Assembly (NCBI GenBank): GCA_023954655.1
Contig: JAGSHH010000001.1
Location: 1 to 63,288 of the forward strand
From: Colwelliaceae bacterium
GTDB taxonomy: Bacteria > Pseudomonadota > Gammaproteobacteria > Enterobacterales > Alteromonadaceae
Reading direction: 5' to 3'
DNA length: 63,288 nt
In this document: positions 31,234 to 41,194 of the stretch, piece by piece
How positions within the stretch are numbered: the stretch's first letter is position 1
How the letters are laid out: every line of letters begins with the position of its first letter
Translations under genes and position numbers: made by a program
The notes under the pieces: model-generated
Databases searched by the model: none
What the model saw: only the letters and a program-made list of their open reading frames with translations
Told to the model about the DNA's origin: nothing

Positions 31234-32163
31234 ATGGAAAAATATCAACAAATATTAGCGATAATTGATCCAACTACTGAAGATCAAAAAGCGCTAAAAA
31301 GAGCAATAGAGCTAGCAACTCAAACTAAAGCTCGTATCACCGCTTTCCTCTCAATTTATGACTTTTCATATGAAATGACCACCATGTTATCGAGTGATGA
31401 AAGAGAAGCGATGAGACAATCATTAATTAATGATCGTACTCAATGGCTTAATGAATTACTCAAAACTATCCCTCATGATGGAATTGCTATCGATTCAAAT
31501 GTAATTTGGCATAACCGTCCATTTGAACCCATTATTGCAGAAGTAATGACTAATGGTTATGACATTGTGATTAAAGGAACACATCAGCATGATAAATTGA
31601 AATCTGTGATTTTCACCCCTACAGATTGGCATATTCTAAGAAAATGCCCATGCCCTGTATTATTAGTTAAAGAACATTCTTGGCCAATGAATGGAAATAT
31701 TGTTGCGGCGCTTAATGTTGGTAGTGATGAACTTGAACATCAATCTCTTAACACTAAAATAACCGAAGAAGCCGTTAATTTATCGAAGCTCATTAAAGCT
31801 AATATTCATTTAGTAAACTCTTTCCCTGGTACACCTGTCAATATTGCAATAGAAATTCCAGAGTTTAATGCCAGCGAATATAACGAATCAATGTTTAACC
31901 ATCACGTTGAAGCTATGCAAAACCATGCAGAAAAGTTCAGTATCAACAAAGATCATACGCATGTTGAAGAAGGTTTACCTGAGGATATAATTGTAAGGCT
32001 CTCTGAAGAGTTAGATGCTGAACTTGTCATACTAGGTACCATTGGAAGAACAGGTTTTTCAGCTGCACTCATTGGTAATACAGCTGAACATGTGATCGAC
32101 AATTTAAATTGTGATGTTTTAGCACTCAAACCTAATGGCTATATTTCTCCTTTGGCAAAGTAA
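31234..32163 (+). CDS. uspE: Universal stress protein E (start moved to ATG 31234)
   Basis: YDFSYEMTTMLS, WHNRPFE, FTPTDWHILRKCP, GRTGFSAALIGNTAE; GGAG RBS. Confidence 0.95.
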   Translation: MEKYQQILAIIDPTTEDQKALKRAIELATQTKARITAFLSIYDFSYEMTTMLSSDEREAMRQSLINDRTQWLNELLKTIPHDGIAIDSNVIWHNRPFEPIIAEVMTNGYDIVIKGTHQHDKLKSVIFTPTDWHILRKCPCPVLLVKEHSWPMNGNIVAALNVGSDELEHQSLNTKITEEAVNLSKLIKANIHLVNSFPGTPVNIAIEIPEFNASEYNESMFNHHVEAMQNHAEKFSINKDHTHVEEGLPEDIIVRLSEELDAELVILGTIGRTGFSAALIGNTAEHVIDNLNCDVLALKPNGYISPLAK

Positions 32164-32185
32164 ATTAAATTCAAAATTTTCAGCA

Positions 32186-32216
32186 AATAAAACCAAGTTT
32201 ACGACTTGGTTTTATT
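32186..32216. terminator. Bidirectional intrinsic terminator uspE/pdsO
   Basis: AATAAAACCAAGT-ttacg-ACTTGGTTTTATT between convergent genes. Confidence 0.8.
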
Positions 32217-32235
32217 ATAATTAAAAATCAAATTC

Positions 32236-33024
32236 TTAGTAATTACTCACCGTTTGTGAATTTAACGTCAATCCATTATCTTTTTTTAACTTAATTACAA
32301 CACGACGATCATAAAAGCTCGTTTCTTTTTCATTATTTGCGACAACTGGCGATTTTTCTCCAAAGGCGAATAAATTTATACGTTCAGCTTCAACCCCTTG
32401 ATTTAATAGCGCATGTTTTACAGCGTTTACTCTAGCAATAGATAATGCATGATTTAACTCATCACTTCCTTGTAAATCAGTATATCCAGATAAATCAATG
32501 GATAAGTCTGGTGCTTGTTTGAGTAAACTAACTAATGAGTTTATTTGGCCTTCATAATGAGGCTTTAACTCACTAGAACCTGTTGAGAACTGTAAACTCA
32601 TCAATAAATTTTCAGCTTGAAGCTGACTCGTGTTTTGTTGGTTTTTCTGAAGTGCCAATAATTCATTTTGATAACCCTGTTCTAGCCGTTGTAGTTTTTG
32701 TTGGTACTTTTCTAAAGCCAACTGATGTTGGCTTTGTTCTGAAGAAATCTGTTCCGTTAATTCATCATTTTCATTAACTGCATTTAAATGTTTTGCTGTA
32801 AAGGCTCCTACCAACCCAGTTACAATTGCACCTAGCGGGCCAGCAACTACAGCACCAATAACAACGCCAGTACCAAAACCAATATTTTCATTGTCTATTT
32901 TTTGTTGATGCTTACTAATAGCTTCCACGTCCTTTGCCATTACTGGTGATAATGACATTGTTGCAATCAATGCTAAGGTAATTGCTGAATTTTTCATGCT
33001 TTTATTTCTCTTTTGCTTGTTCAT
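32236..33024 (-). CDS. pdsO: Sortase-system OmpA-like protein PdsO (start 33024 or 32997)
   Basis: Signal peptide, glycine zipper GVVIGAVVAGPLGAIVTG, coiled coil, OmpA domain QFSTGS..GYTD..ALSIARV..DRRV; divergent from pdsRS. Confidence 0.85.
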   Translation of the reverse strand: MNKQKRNKSMKNSAITLALIATMSLSPVMAKDVEAISKHQQKIDNENIGFGTGVVIGAVVAGPLGAIVTGLVGAFTAKHLNAVNENDELTEQISSEQSQHQLALEKYQQKLQRLEQGYQNELLALQKNQQNTSQLQAENLLMSLQFSTGSSELKPHYEGQINSLVSLLKQAPDLSIDLSGYTDLQGSDELNHALSIARVNAVKHALLNQGVEAERINLFAFGEKSPVVANNEKETSFYDRRVVIKLKKDNGLTLNSQTVSNY

Positions 33025-33143
33025 AGTTTTTTGCCTTTTATTGTTAAATGTATATTTCTCAATTAACGCACTCTGAATAACCTCAAAGCGATTCAATGAT
33101 GTTATTTAAACAATTAAAAAAGCCAAGTTCAGGTCACAAAAAG

Positions 33144-33183
33144 GGCAATATGCTGAACAAATGTGGCAACAATATGGCAATAT
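33144..33183. promoter_or_regulatory. Tandem GGCAA direct repeats, candidate PdsR sites
   Basis: ATGTGGCAA (33161) and ATATGGCAA (33172) 11 bp apart; further GGCAAT at 33144. Confidence 0.45.
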
Positions 33184-33277
33184 CACTGATTTGAGGAATT
33201 TAACAATAAACTTTTATATAGTTGCGGTGTCAGAAAAACATCCGCAATATTGATTCATAAAAGGAAAACATACTGAA

Positions 33278-34003
33278 ATGTCAAAAAGAATTGCTATTGT
33301 AGAAGATGAAGCAGCTATTAGAGAAAATTATGCTGATGTATTACGTGCTCAAGGTTATCAAGTACAAACCTATGCGAATAGAAATAGTGCCACTCAAGCT
33401 TTTCAAATTAAGTTACCTCATTTGGTTATTTTAGATATTGGCCTTGAACAAGAATATGACGGCGGTTTTACTTTATGCCAATGGCTTAGAAATATTTCAG
33501 TTACTTTACCTATCATATTTTTAACAGCAAGAGATAATGACGTTGATACAGTTTCTGGTTTGCGAATAGGTGCAGATGATTATTTAACTAAGGATATTAG
33601 TTTACCCCATTTAACTGCAAGAATTGCTGCACTTTTTAGAAGAGAAGATGCACTTAAAAAACCAACACAACAAGACCACCTAGTTTCTATAGGGCCTTTA
33701 ACTATTGATAGTCAACGCATGAGTGTCTTCTGGCAAGAACAAAGTATAGATTTAACTATTACTGAATTTTGGATGGTTTATGCGTTAGCGAAAAATCCAG
33801 GTCACGTAAAAAATCGCCAACAACTTATGCAAGATTCAAAAATTTATGTTGATGACAGTACAATTACCTCACATATTAAAAGGATCAGAAAAAAGTTTAT
33901 TATTCACGATAATGAGTTTGATTGTATAGAAACGGTCTATGGAATGGGTTACCGATGGAATCAAATATCAGGTGATAACGCCATTAACAAGGCAACAAAA
34001 TAA
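33278..34003 (+). CDS. pdsR: Proteobacterial dedicated sortase system response regulator (OmpR family)
   Basis: MSKRIAIVEDEAAIRENY, VSGLRIGADDYLTKDISLPHL, VDDSTITSHIKRIR. Confidence 0.9.
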   Translation: MSKRIAIVEDEAAIRENYADVLRAQGYQVQTYANRNSATQAFQIKLPHLVILDIGLEQEYDGGFTLCQWLRNISVTLPIIFLTARDNDVDTVSGLRIGADDYLTKDISLPHLTARIAALFRREDALKKPTQQDHLVSIGPLTIDSQRMSVFWQEQSIDLTITEFWMVYALAKNPGHVKNRQQLMQDSKIYVDDSTITSHIKRIRKKFIIHDNEFDCIETVYGMGYRWNQISGDNAINKATK

Positions 34004-34005
34004 AG

Positions 34006-36183
34006 ATGAATTTTAGATTCGGCCTTCGCAGCAAACTTCTACTGCTTTCCTCTTTTTTAGTGGCTATACCATGGTTTGGTTATCAATATGTTTGGGAAAT
34101 GGAAAAATATCTTAGATTTGGACAAGAGCAAACTATTATTGGAACAGCTAGAGCACTTGCAACGGCACTACACGAACGTCCCAACCTATTTAATAATCAG
34201 GCAAGTTTTTTACCAAGTGTCGAAAAAGGCAAAGATTTATACGGATATCAGTTATCACAGCCAATAAATTTAGACGGAAAACATCAAGACTGGCCAAATT
34301 TTATTGAAAAAGCACATTATTATGGTTTTGATAATCAATTAACTAAATCTGATTCAGCAAATCAACTTCCTATATCCCAATTAACAAACAATTTTACTGC
34401 TGCTGTTGGTAAGTTTGACAAATACCTGTACTTTTTTATTAGTGTGGTTGATGACCACTTAGTTTATCGTAATAAGAATGCACGTAGCATCGAATTAAAT
34501 GATCGACTTGAACTTGCTTTTACTACACCAAAAGGTGAATTTCAGCGATTTTTGTTAACCAATAAAGAAGCTGGTTGGCTAGATGTTTTTCAAATAGAAC
34601 TAGAACAAAATCCAGCACCATTGCCTACTAATTTTATACAAGGAAAGTGGTTAGCTACTTCGCAAGGTTATAACATTGAGTTTAGAGTTCCTCTAAAAAA
34701 CATTAGCGACAATTTAGCTTTTGCTATCCATGATGTAGATAGCGAATTTGGGCAAACGTTAAGCACTATAGCAAGTGCAAACCCAAGTACCGCTGAGTCA
34801 TTAGGTACAATACTCGTACCATCACCAGAAATAGAGCGTATTGTTAAAGGGATGAGCTATAGTAATTCAAGTGTTTGGGTAGTAGACAAGCATCATCGCG
34901 TTCTAGCAAAAGCAGGAAATATTCAAAGAGCAAACGGGCTATGGCAAAAAAACTCTAAAAACAAGTATGATAATGAATGGCACTCATGGTTAAAAACCTT
35001 ATTGAAGCCTTTATTTAATAAATTACTCTCTCAACCACCTAAAGAGTTTATTGATAAACTTTATGATGCACAAAATTTAACCGGAGAACATATTGAGTCT
35101 GCTTTATCAGGTGACCCAATGTCTCAATGGCGTCTATCAAGTGATAATAAAGCCGTAATTTTAACAGCCGCCTATCCTATATATTTTGGTAACAACGTTC
35201 ATGGTGCAGTTATTGTTGAAGAAACAAATAACGGCATTCGTACAGTTAGAAATGAAGCATTAGAGAAGTTATTCACCAGTATTTTAGCTATTATGATGTT
35301 TGGTATTTTAGCCTTTTTCTTTTTCGCATCGAGAATTTCAAACCGAATCCGTTCACTAAGAAATCAAGCGGAAAAAGCCATTGATGAGCATGGTCGCATA
35401 AACGAAGAAATGATGGCATCGAATACCAATGATGAAATAGGTGATTTATCCCGAAGCTTTTCAACGGCAGTAAGTCGATTAAGTCAATACAACCATTATC
35501 TAGAAAATATGTCATCTCGGCTTTCTCACGAGCTTCGAACACCTATTGCAGTGGTTCGAACTTCATTAGAAAACTTATCAATGCAACAGCAATTACCTGA
35601 TCAAACCAATGCTTATATTGATAGAGCTCAACAAGGTTTAAATCGACTTAATTTAATTTTAACGAACATGAGTGAAGCAACTCGTTTAGAAGAAATGTTA
35701 AAAAATACAGAGAAAGTAAAATTCAACTTTTATGATGTTTTAAATGGTTGTATTCAAGGGTATAGACAGATTTATCAAGATCATAATTTTGAAATAATGG
35801 CTGAAAAAGAAGTTGCATTTATCGATGGTTCTCCTGAGCATATAGCTCAATTACTTGATAAAGTGGTCTGTAACGCAATAGAGTTTAGCCAAGATAAAAG
35901 GATTATTTTATCATTAGAACAAAGTGCTGGCTTTCTTCAACTTCATATTAGTAATAACGGTCAATATCTTCCCGAACAAATGACTGAACGACTTTTTGAT
36001 TCGATGATTTCTATCAGAGAAAATCATATCGATAATATCCAAGACAAACGCCCTCACTTAGGCTTGGGCTTATATATAGCCAGATTAATATGTGAATTTC
36101 ATCAAGGAAAAATACAAGCGAGTAATCATCATAATCCTCAAGGTGTTACTATTTCTGTAAAATTCCCTTTAATCACATCTTAG
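34006..36183 (+). CDS. pdsS: Proteobacterial dedicated sortase system histidine kinase
   Basis: PWFGYQYVWEMEKYLR, periplasmic domain, HAMP DEIGDLSRSF, LSHELRTP, HLGLGLY. Confidence 0.9.
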   Translation: MNFRFGLRSKLLLLSSFLVAIPWFGYQYVWEMEKYLRFGQEQTIIGTARALATALHERPNLFNNQASFLPSVEKGKDLYGYQLSQPINLDGKHQDWPNFIEKAHYYGFDNQLTKSDSANQLPISQLTNNFTAAVGKFDKYLYFFISVVDDHLVYRNKNARSIELNDRLELAFTTPKGEFQRFLLTNKEAGWLDVFQIELEQNPAPLPTNFIQGKWLATSQGYNIEFRVPLKNISDNLAFAIHDVDSEFGQTLSTIASANPSTAESLGTILVPSPEIERIVKGMSYSNSSVWVVDKHHRVLAKAGNIQRANGLWQKNSKNKYDNEWHSWLKTLLKPLFNKLLSQPPKEFIDKLYDAQNLTGEHIESALSGDPMSQWRLSSDNKAVILTAAYPIYFGNNVHGAVIVEETNNGIRTVRNEALEKLFTSILAIMMFGILAFFFFASRISNRIRSLRNQAEKAIDEHGRINEEMMASNTNDEIGDLSRSFSTAVSRLSQYNHYLENMSSRLSHELRTPIAVVRTSLENLSMQQQLPDQTNAYIDRAQQGLNRLNLILTNMSEATRLEEMLKNTEKVKFNFYDVLNGCIQGYRQIYQDHNFEIMAEKEVAFIDGSPEHIAQLLDKVVCNAIEFSQDKRIILSLEQSAGFLQLHISNNGQYLPEQMTERLFDSMISIRENHIDNIQDKRPHLGLGLYIARLICEFHQGKIQASNHHNPQGVTISVKFPLITS

Positions 36184-36216
36184 TATTCTTAGAAAATATT
36201 TTATTATTATTAGAAT

Positions 36217-36891
36217 TTATTCTATGCCAATGTATTTATGAACTTGTATTGATAATCGCCAATTATTTTCGATACAAGTTTGTATAGCTAACTCTGTAGC
36301 ACGTTCTTTTTGGCTTATTGGTTGTAAGTAAACTTGTTTATCACTAACATTGTGTTCAATTATTAGTGCTTTTAGATCATCAATATGCTGCTCTGTTGCA
36401 ACAGGGTGTTTAATTTCATTCGCTCTTTGCATTGCAGAAGTTAGAATTTTATAACCTCCTTTCATGTTTACTTTTGGTGAAACTGTCACCCAACATTTTG
36501 GTGTTGTTTTAATTTCAAAAGTACCAGAAGTTTCAATTTGACAGCTATAACCTTTTGACTCTAAAGTTGTACACAAAGGAGTTAAATCAACCATAGATGG
36601 CTCACCACCAGTGATCACTATATGTTTTGCCTGGTAATTTTTATCTTTAAATATTGTTAATATTTCTTCTACCGATAAAGAACTCCAGTGGTCAGATTCA
36701 ACAACCTTTTCAAGCATAGTATGTTGGTCAACTTTATCTTCTAAATTAATTTCCCACGTGTGTTTTGTATCACACCAAGAACAACCGACAGGACAACCTT
36801 GAAGGCGAATGAAAATTGAAGGCTGGCCAGTGAAAGCTCCTTCCCCTTGGATAGTTTCAAATAATTCGTTAATTTTGTAGTTAATGCTCAT
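36217..36891 (-). CDS. queE: 7-carboxy-7-deazaguanine synthase (radical SAM)
   Basis: ETIQGEG, GCPVGCSWCDTKHTW, ITGGEP, IETSGT, VTVSPK. Confidence 0.95.
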   Translation of the reverse strand: MSINYKINELFETIQGEGAFTGQPSIFIRLQGCPVGCSWCDTKHTWEINLEDKVDQHTMLEKVVESDHWSSLSVEEILTIFKDKNYQAKHIVITGGEPSMVDLTPLCTTLESKGYSCQIETSGTFEIKTTPKCWVTVSPKVNMKGGYKILTSAMQRANEIKHPVATEQHIDDLKALIIEHNVSDKQVYLQPISQKERATELAIQTCIENNWRLSIQVHKYIGIE

Positions 36892-36974
36892 AGAGGCTTT
36901 TTTTACCTATTTATTGCCGAAGTAATTTAAAGTAGAATGCGCAAGTTTTTTATTATACCTCAGAGAGCAGCAAT

Positions 36975-37646
36975 ATGAGCAACAATATCAGTAATAAAGT
37001 CGTCGTAATTTACTCTGGCGGAATGGATTCATTTACGGTATTAAATCGTGCTTTAAAAGATGGTAAAGAAGTTTTTGCTTTGTCTTTTGATTATGGACAA
37101 CGCCATGTCAAAGAACTTGAGTGTGCAAGTTCAGTTTGTAACTCTTTGAATGTAAAACATAAAGTGATCGATATTTCTGCAATTAATCAGTTATTAGCAG
37201 GTTCTTCGTTAACCGATAATATTGATATCCCTGAAGGGCATTATGAAGCTGAGTCAATGAAGTCAACGGTTGTTCCAAATAGGAATATGATTTTACTGTC
37301 ATTAGCTGTTGGATATGCAGTTTCAGTCGGCGCTTCTCAAGTATATTATGGAGCTCACTCAGGCGATCACGCTATTTACCCAGATTGTCGTCCTGAATTT
37401 GTGAATAAAATGAATGATGTTTGCCAAATTGCCAATTATGAAGCGATAGAGATTTTCAGCCCTTATCTTGAAGTTTCTAAAACTGACATATTAACCGACG
37501 GTATTAAAATGGGCTTAGATTATAGTCAAACTTGGACATGTTATAACGGTAGAGAAAAGGCTTGTGGGAAATGTGGCGCTTGCCAAGAAAGGTTAGAAGC
37601 TTTTAGCGATAATAATATTGTCGATCCGCTATGTTATGAAAGTTAA
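36975..37646 (+). CDS. queC: 7-cyano-7-deazaguanine synthase
   Basis: [38 protein letters not shown]. Confidence 0.96.
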   Translation: MSNNISNKVVVIYSGGMDSFTVLNRALKDGKEVFALSFDYGQRHVKELECASSVCNSLNVKHKVIDISAINQLLAGSSLTDNIDIPEGHYEAESMKSTVVPNRNMILLSLAVGYAVSVGASQVYYGAHSGDHAIYPDCRPEFVNKMNDVCQIANYEAIEIFSPYLEVSKTDILTDGIKMGLDYSQTWTCYNGREKACGKCGACQERLEAFSDNNIVDPLCYES

Positions 37647-37658
37647 ACATTTAAATTA

Positions 37659-37697
37659 AAGAAAATAGATATTGTTAGATACAACATCTATTTTCTT
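37659..37697. terminator. Bidirectional terminator queC/lysC
   Basis: AAGAAAATAGAT...ATCTATTTTCTT inverted repeat between convergent stops. Confidence 0.65.
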
Positions 37698-37707
37698 AAT
37701 TTTGTCA

Positions 37708-39078
37708 TTATGCAAATAAAGTATTATGCAATTTTTCAACAGTTTCATTAGCTTGTGTTTCATTTACTAAAAAACATAAATTATGCTCACTCGCTCCTTG
37801 GCAAATCATACGAACATTTATTCCAGATAAAGCATCAAAAATACTGGTACCAACCCCATTTGTTTTATGGATACTGTTGCCAACAACAGCAATTAATGAC
37901 AACCCATTCTCAACAGAAACTTCACAAAGTTGTTCCAATTCTTCAACAACTGTAGAATTTAATAATGCTTGAGTAGAGCCGGTTGGATTATCAAATGTCA
38001 TTGCCACACTAATTTCTGACGTTGTAATTAAATCAACACTTAGCTCATGTTTTGCAAGTACAGCAAAAACTTTTGCTAAGAAGCCACTTGCATGAAGCAT
38101 AGCGGGGCTTTTTACTGTAACTAGTGTTTGTTCTTTTCTTAATGATATTGAACGATATGTTGGTTTTGATTCCACTTTCTTTTGGATACGAGTGCCACCT
38201 TTCTCTGGTTCTTTACTCGAACCAACAAATACTGGAATATTCTGTCTCATTGCAGGAATTAACGTCGCAGGGTGTAATATTTTAGCTCCAAAAGTAGCCA
38301 TTTCAGCCGCTTCGCCAAAGCTTATTTCTTTAATAGCTCGAGCTTGATCGGTTATGCGAGGATCTGTGGTAAATATACCGACAACATCAGTCCAAATTGC
38401 TAAATTTTTAGCATTTAATGCTTCTGCGATTAATGCTGCACTATAATCAGAGCCACCTCGTCCAAGTGTTGTCGTATAGCCATCGTCATTTTGTCCGATA
38501 AATCCTTGAGTAACAATAACTTCATTTTTCAACTTCGGTTGTAAAACTTGAGCTGTACACTTTGAAAGTTGGGCTAAATCAACAACCGCTTGACCATATA
38601 AGTTATTTGTTTTCATAATCTGACGAACATCAAAAGTATGACCATTAACACCTATTGATTGTAATACTTGGGCAAAAATGAGTGAACTCATTTGTTCACC
38701 AAAAGACAAAATTGAATCTGCAATACGAGCACTATGGTTTAATGATTGTGCTTTTGCATAAGCACTTAATTCATCAAGTAATGTCAATATTTGTTTTTCT
38801 AAAGCATTACTATCATTCAAATGTTTCAATATATTCAGCTGAATTCTTTTTATGTTTTCAACTATCTGTTTTTGTTCTATTTCTGAGATATTCTCTTGGC
38901 TTAAGCGAACAAGATAATTGGTAACTCCTGAACTTGCCGATACAACAACAACTCGATTTGATTGATCATTTTTAATAATATGAGCGCAACGCAGCATCGC
39001 TTGATGATCAGCAACACTGGTTCCACCAAATTTAGATACGGTTATATAATTATTATCATTTAATGAAACTACTGACAT
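37708..39078 (-). CDS. lysC: Lysine-sensitive aspartokinase III (start moved to ATG 39078)
   Basis: KFGGTSV, TLGRGGSDYSA, WTDV..TTDPR, FGAKILHP, two ACT domains; GGAG RBS. Confidence 0.95.
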   Translation of the reverse strand: MSVVSLNDNNYITVSKFGGTSVADHQAMLRCAHIIKNDQSNRVVVVSASSGVTNYLVRLSQENISEIEQKQIVENIKRIQLNILKHLNDSNALEKQILTLLDELSAYAKAQSLNHSARIADSILSFGEQMSSLIFAQVLQSIGVNGHTFDVRQIMKTNNLYGQAVVDLAQLSKCTAQVLQPKLKNEVIVTQGFIGQNDDGYTTTLGRGGSDYSAALIAEALNAKNLAIWTDVVGIFTTDPRITDQARAIKEISFGEAAEMATFGAKILHPATLIPAMRQNIPVFVGSSKEPEKGGTRIQKKVESKPTYRSISLRKEQTLVTVKSPAMLHASGFLAKVFAVLAKHELSVDLITTSEISVAMTFDNPTGSTQALLNSTVVEELEQLCEVSVENGLSLIAVVGNSIHKTNGVGTSIFDALSGINVRMICQGASEHNLCFLVNETQANETVEKLHNTLFA

Positions 39079-39176
39079 GATAAAGTCTCCCTTCTCGCTA
39101 ATTTTTAGCAATAAATACATCAAGGAAGAGCGTGACTGAAGAAAGGTATGTATAAAGTACAAACTAAACATTTCAG

Positions 39177-39360
39177 CCAGAAGCTCTCCACCCTATTCTG
39201 TTCAAAATATATGAACAGAGGTGACAATCCTAAGGATTCAACCTTAGTGACCGAGTATCAAACTCCACGTTTCTAATACTCTCGGCAATAGTCTCCCTCA
39301 ATAACAGTCATAAGAATGTGGTTCTTCGTGTTATTTACCTAGCTATTGCTCCTCTTCTGG
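39177..39360 (-). ncRNA. Lysine riboswitch (L-box)
   Basis: Minus strand CCAGAAGAGGAGC..AGGTAA..GAGGG..TTGCCGA..TGTCAC..GGAGAGCTTCTGG with closing P1 CCAGAAG/CTTCTGG, upstream of lysC. Confidence 0.92.
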
Positions 39361-39569
39361 TGTGTAAATTAGACCTCAAATAAATTGAGTAAATATTCTA
39401 ATTTAACAACGAGCCAATTAAACCTTATTTTTTACTGCAAATCAATAGACCAATAGGATAAAAGTTACACTTTATTATATATAGGTTCTGAAAAACTCCT
39501 TACTTGATGTTTTGGAGCTAAAAGCTTGATACCATGTACTTTATTATAAATAAGATATTATTGGTTTAA

Positions 39570-40325
39570 ATGGACCTGTTTTTACTCAAAAAGATCATTG
39601 GTTTATTAATAATGCCGTTGAGTTTGATAACACTATTATTAATAGTTTCAATAGTTACATTTAAAAGAAAACCTTCTTTAAGTTTTAAATGCTTGTTAAG
39701 TGCGAGTATTTTATTATTCCTATCGTCAACTGGTTTTGTTTCAGACAAAGTAATGCAACCTATAGAAAGTAGTTATGAAAGTTATTCCTATTCAGGTAAA
39801 AAAATTGATTACATTGTTATATTAGGCTGTGGACATACTACAAACCAAGCTATTCCAGCAACATCACAATTAATGCCTTGTTCTTTACAACGATTAGTTG
39901 AAGCATTAAGAATTTTCAAATTACACCCTGAAGCACAACTAATTACATCAGGTGCATCGTTTGACGATAATAAATCAAACGCTGAAACAGTAAAACAAGC
40001 AGCTATTTTACTTGGTGTTCCTGAAACTAAAATATTGATAGAAAATTTCCCAAAAGATACCGAAGAAGAATCTGAACTTATTGCTCCTAGAGTAAAAGGA
40101 AAAAATGTTATTCTTGTAACTAATGCTGATCATATGATTCGCTCTGTAAATTATTTTGAGCAACAAGGTGTTAAGGTGATTGCAGCCCCCGCAAGCAATT
40201 GGGTTAAAAATATTGAAAGCCCAAAAAACTGGTCATATTACTTGCCCAAAAGCCATAATTTAACTCAAACAACACATGCATGGTATGAAAGCATTGGTTT
40301 GTTCGTTCAGTGGTTAAAAAAATAA
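39570..40325 (+). CDS. elyC: Envelope biogenesis factor ElyC (DUF218/YdcF)
   Basis: FLLKKIIG..MPL, IVILGCG, RLVEALR, PKDTEEE, LVTNADHM, AWYESIG. Confidence 0.85.
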   Translation: MDLFLLKKIIGLLIMPLSLITLLLIVSIVTFKRKPSLSFKCLLSASILLFLSSTGFVSDKVMQPIESSYESYSYSGKKIDYIVILGCGHTTNQAIPATSQLMPCSLQRLVEALRIFKLHPEAQLITSGASFDDNKSNAETVKQAAILLGVPETKILIENFPKDTEEESELIAPRVKGKNVILVTNADHMIRSVNYFEQQGVKVIAAPASNWVKNIESPKNWSYYLPKSHNLTQTTHAWYESIGLFVQWLKK

Positions 40326-40351
40326 TCTGCAATTAAATTTTTAAATAAATA

Positions 40352-41110
40352 TTAAACTGGGTTATCAATATCAATGAACGAAACATCTAACGACAAATTT
40401 TGTTGTAAATATTCAGCTAAAGCTTTCGCACCATAACGTTCTGTAGCATGATGGCCAGCAGCAAAAAAATGTATATCCATTTCACGAGCGACATGTGTAG
40501 TTTGTTCGGAGACTTCACCCGATAAAAAAGCATCAATACCTTGTTCTGCAGCTAGCTCAATATAGTTTTGTCCTCCACCACTACACCATGCAATGGTTTT
40601 TATACGTTTATTTGACTCTGGGGCAATATGTAAACATTCACGATTTAACGTTTGATTAATCTTCGCTGTAAAATCAGTAGCAGAAATTGGAGAAGAAAAC
40701 TCACCCTGAATAGCTACACTTTGAGGATTACCTAACTCCAGTGGACCAGTTATATTGATATCTAATAGTTTTGCCAATTGAGCATTATTTCCTAGAACTG
40801 GGTGGATATCGAGCGGTAAATGGTAAGCAAAAAGATTAATGTTATTATCAAGCAACGCTTTGATACGTTTATGTTTCATACCGCGAATAACATAAGATTC
40901 ATTTTTCCAAAAATAACCATGGTGAACAATGATCGCATCGGCACTTTCATCAATAGCTCGATTAATTAAAGCCTGGGTTGCGGTAACACCAGTAACTATT
41001 TTAGTTATTGCTTCTTTACCTTGAATTTGCAATCCATTTGGGCAAAAGTCTTTAATTAATTCAGGCTTAAGGAGTTGATTTAAATATAATTCAAATTCGT
41101 TTCTATTCAT
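40352..41110 (-). CDS. Nif3-like dinuclear metal centre protein (YbgI)
   Basis: DFCPNGLQ, VHHGYFW, YHLPLD, CSGGG, AAGHHATERYG. Confidence 0.92.
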   Translation of the reverse strand: MNRNEFELYLNQLLKPELIKDFCPNGLQIQGKEAITKIVTGVTATQALINRAIDESADAIIVHHGYFWKNESYVIRGMKHKRIKALLDNNINLFAYHLPLDIHPVLGNNAQLAKLLDINITGPLELGNPQSVAIQGEFSSPISATDFTAKINQTLNRECLHIAPESNKRIKTIAWCSGGGQNYIELAAEQGIDAFLSGEVSEQTTHVAREMDIHFFAAGHHATERYGAKALAEYLQQNLSLDVSFIDIDNPV

Positions 41111-41194
41111 GACTTACTATGTCTAAAGGTTGATTAAAACAATATTATCTTAATTTTTATCTCAAGTTCAGTATTTATAAAATTTTAATCACAA

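Noticed and set aside
36217-37646. queE/queC as a DNA 7-deazaguanine modification (dpd) or QatABCD defence locus
   Set aside because: No dpdA/tgt-like, ATPase or TatD partners; both look like housekeeping queuosine enzymes
39079-39171. 31-aa N-terminal extension of LysC
   Set aside because: Lies in the riboswitch leader; the RBS supports ATG 39078
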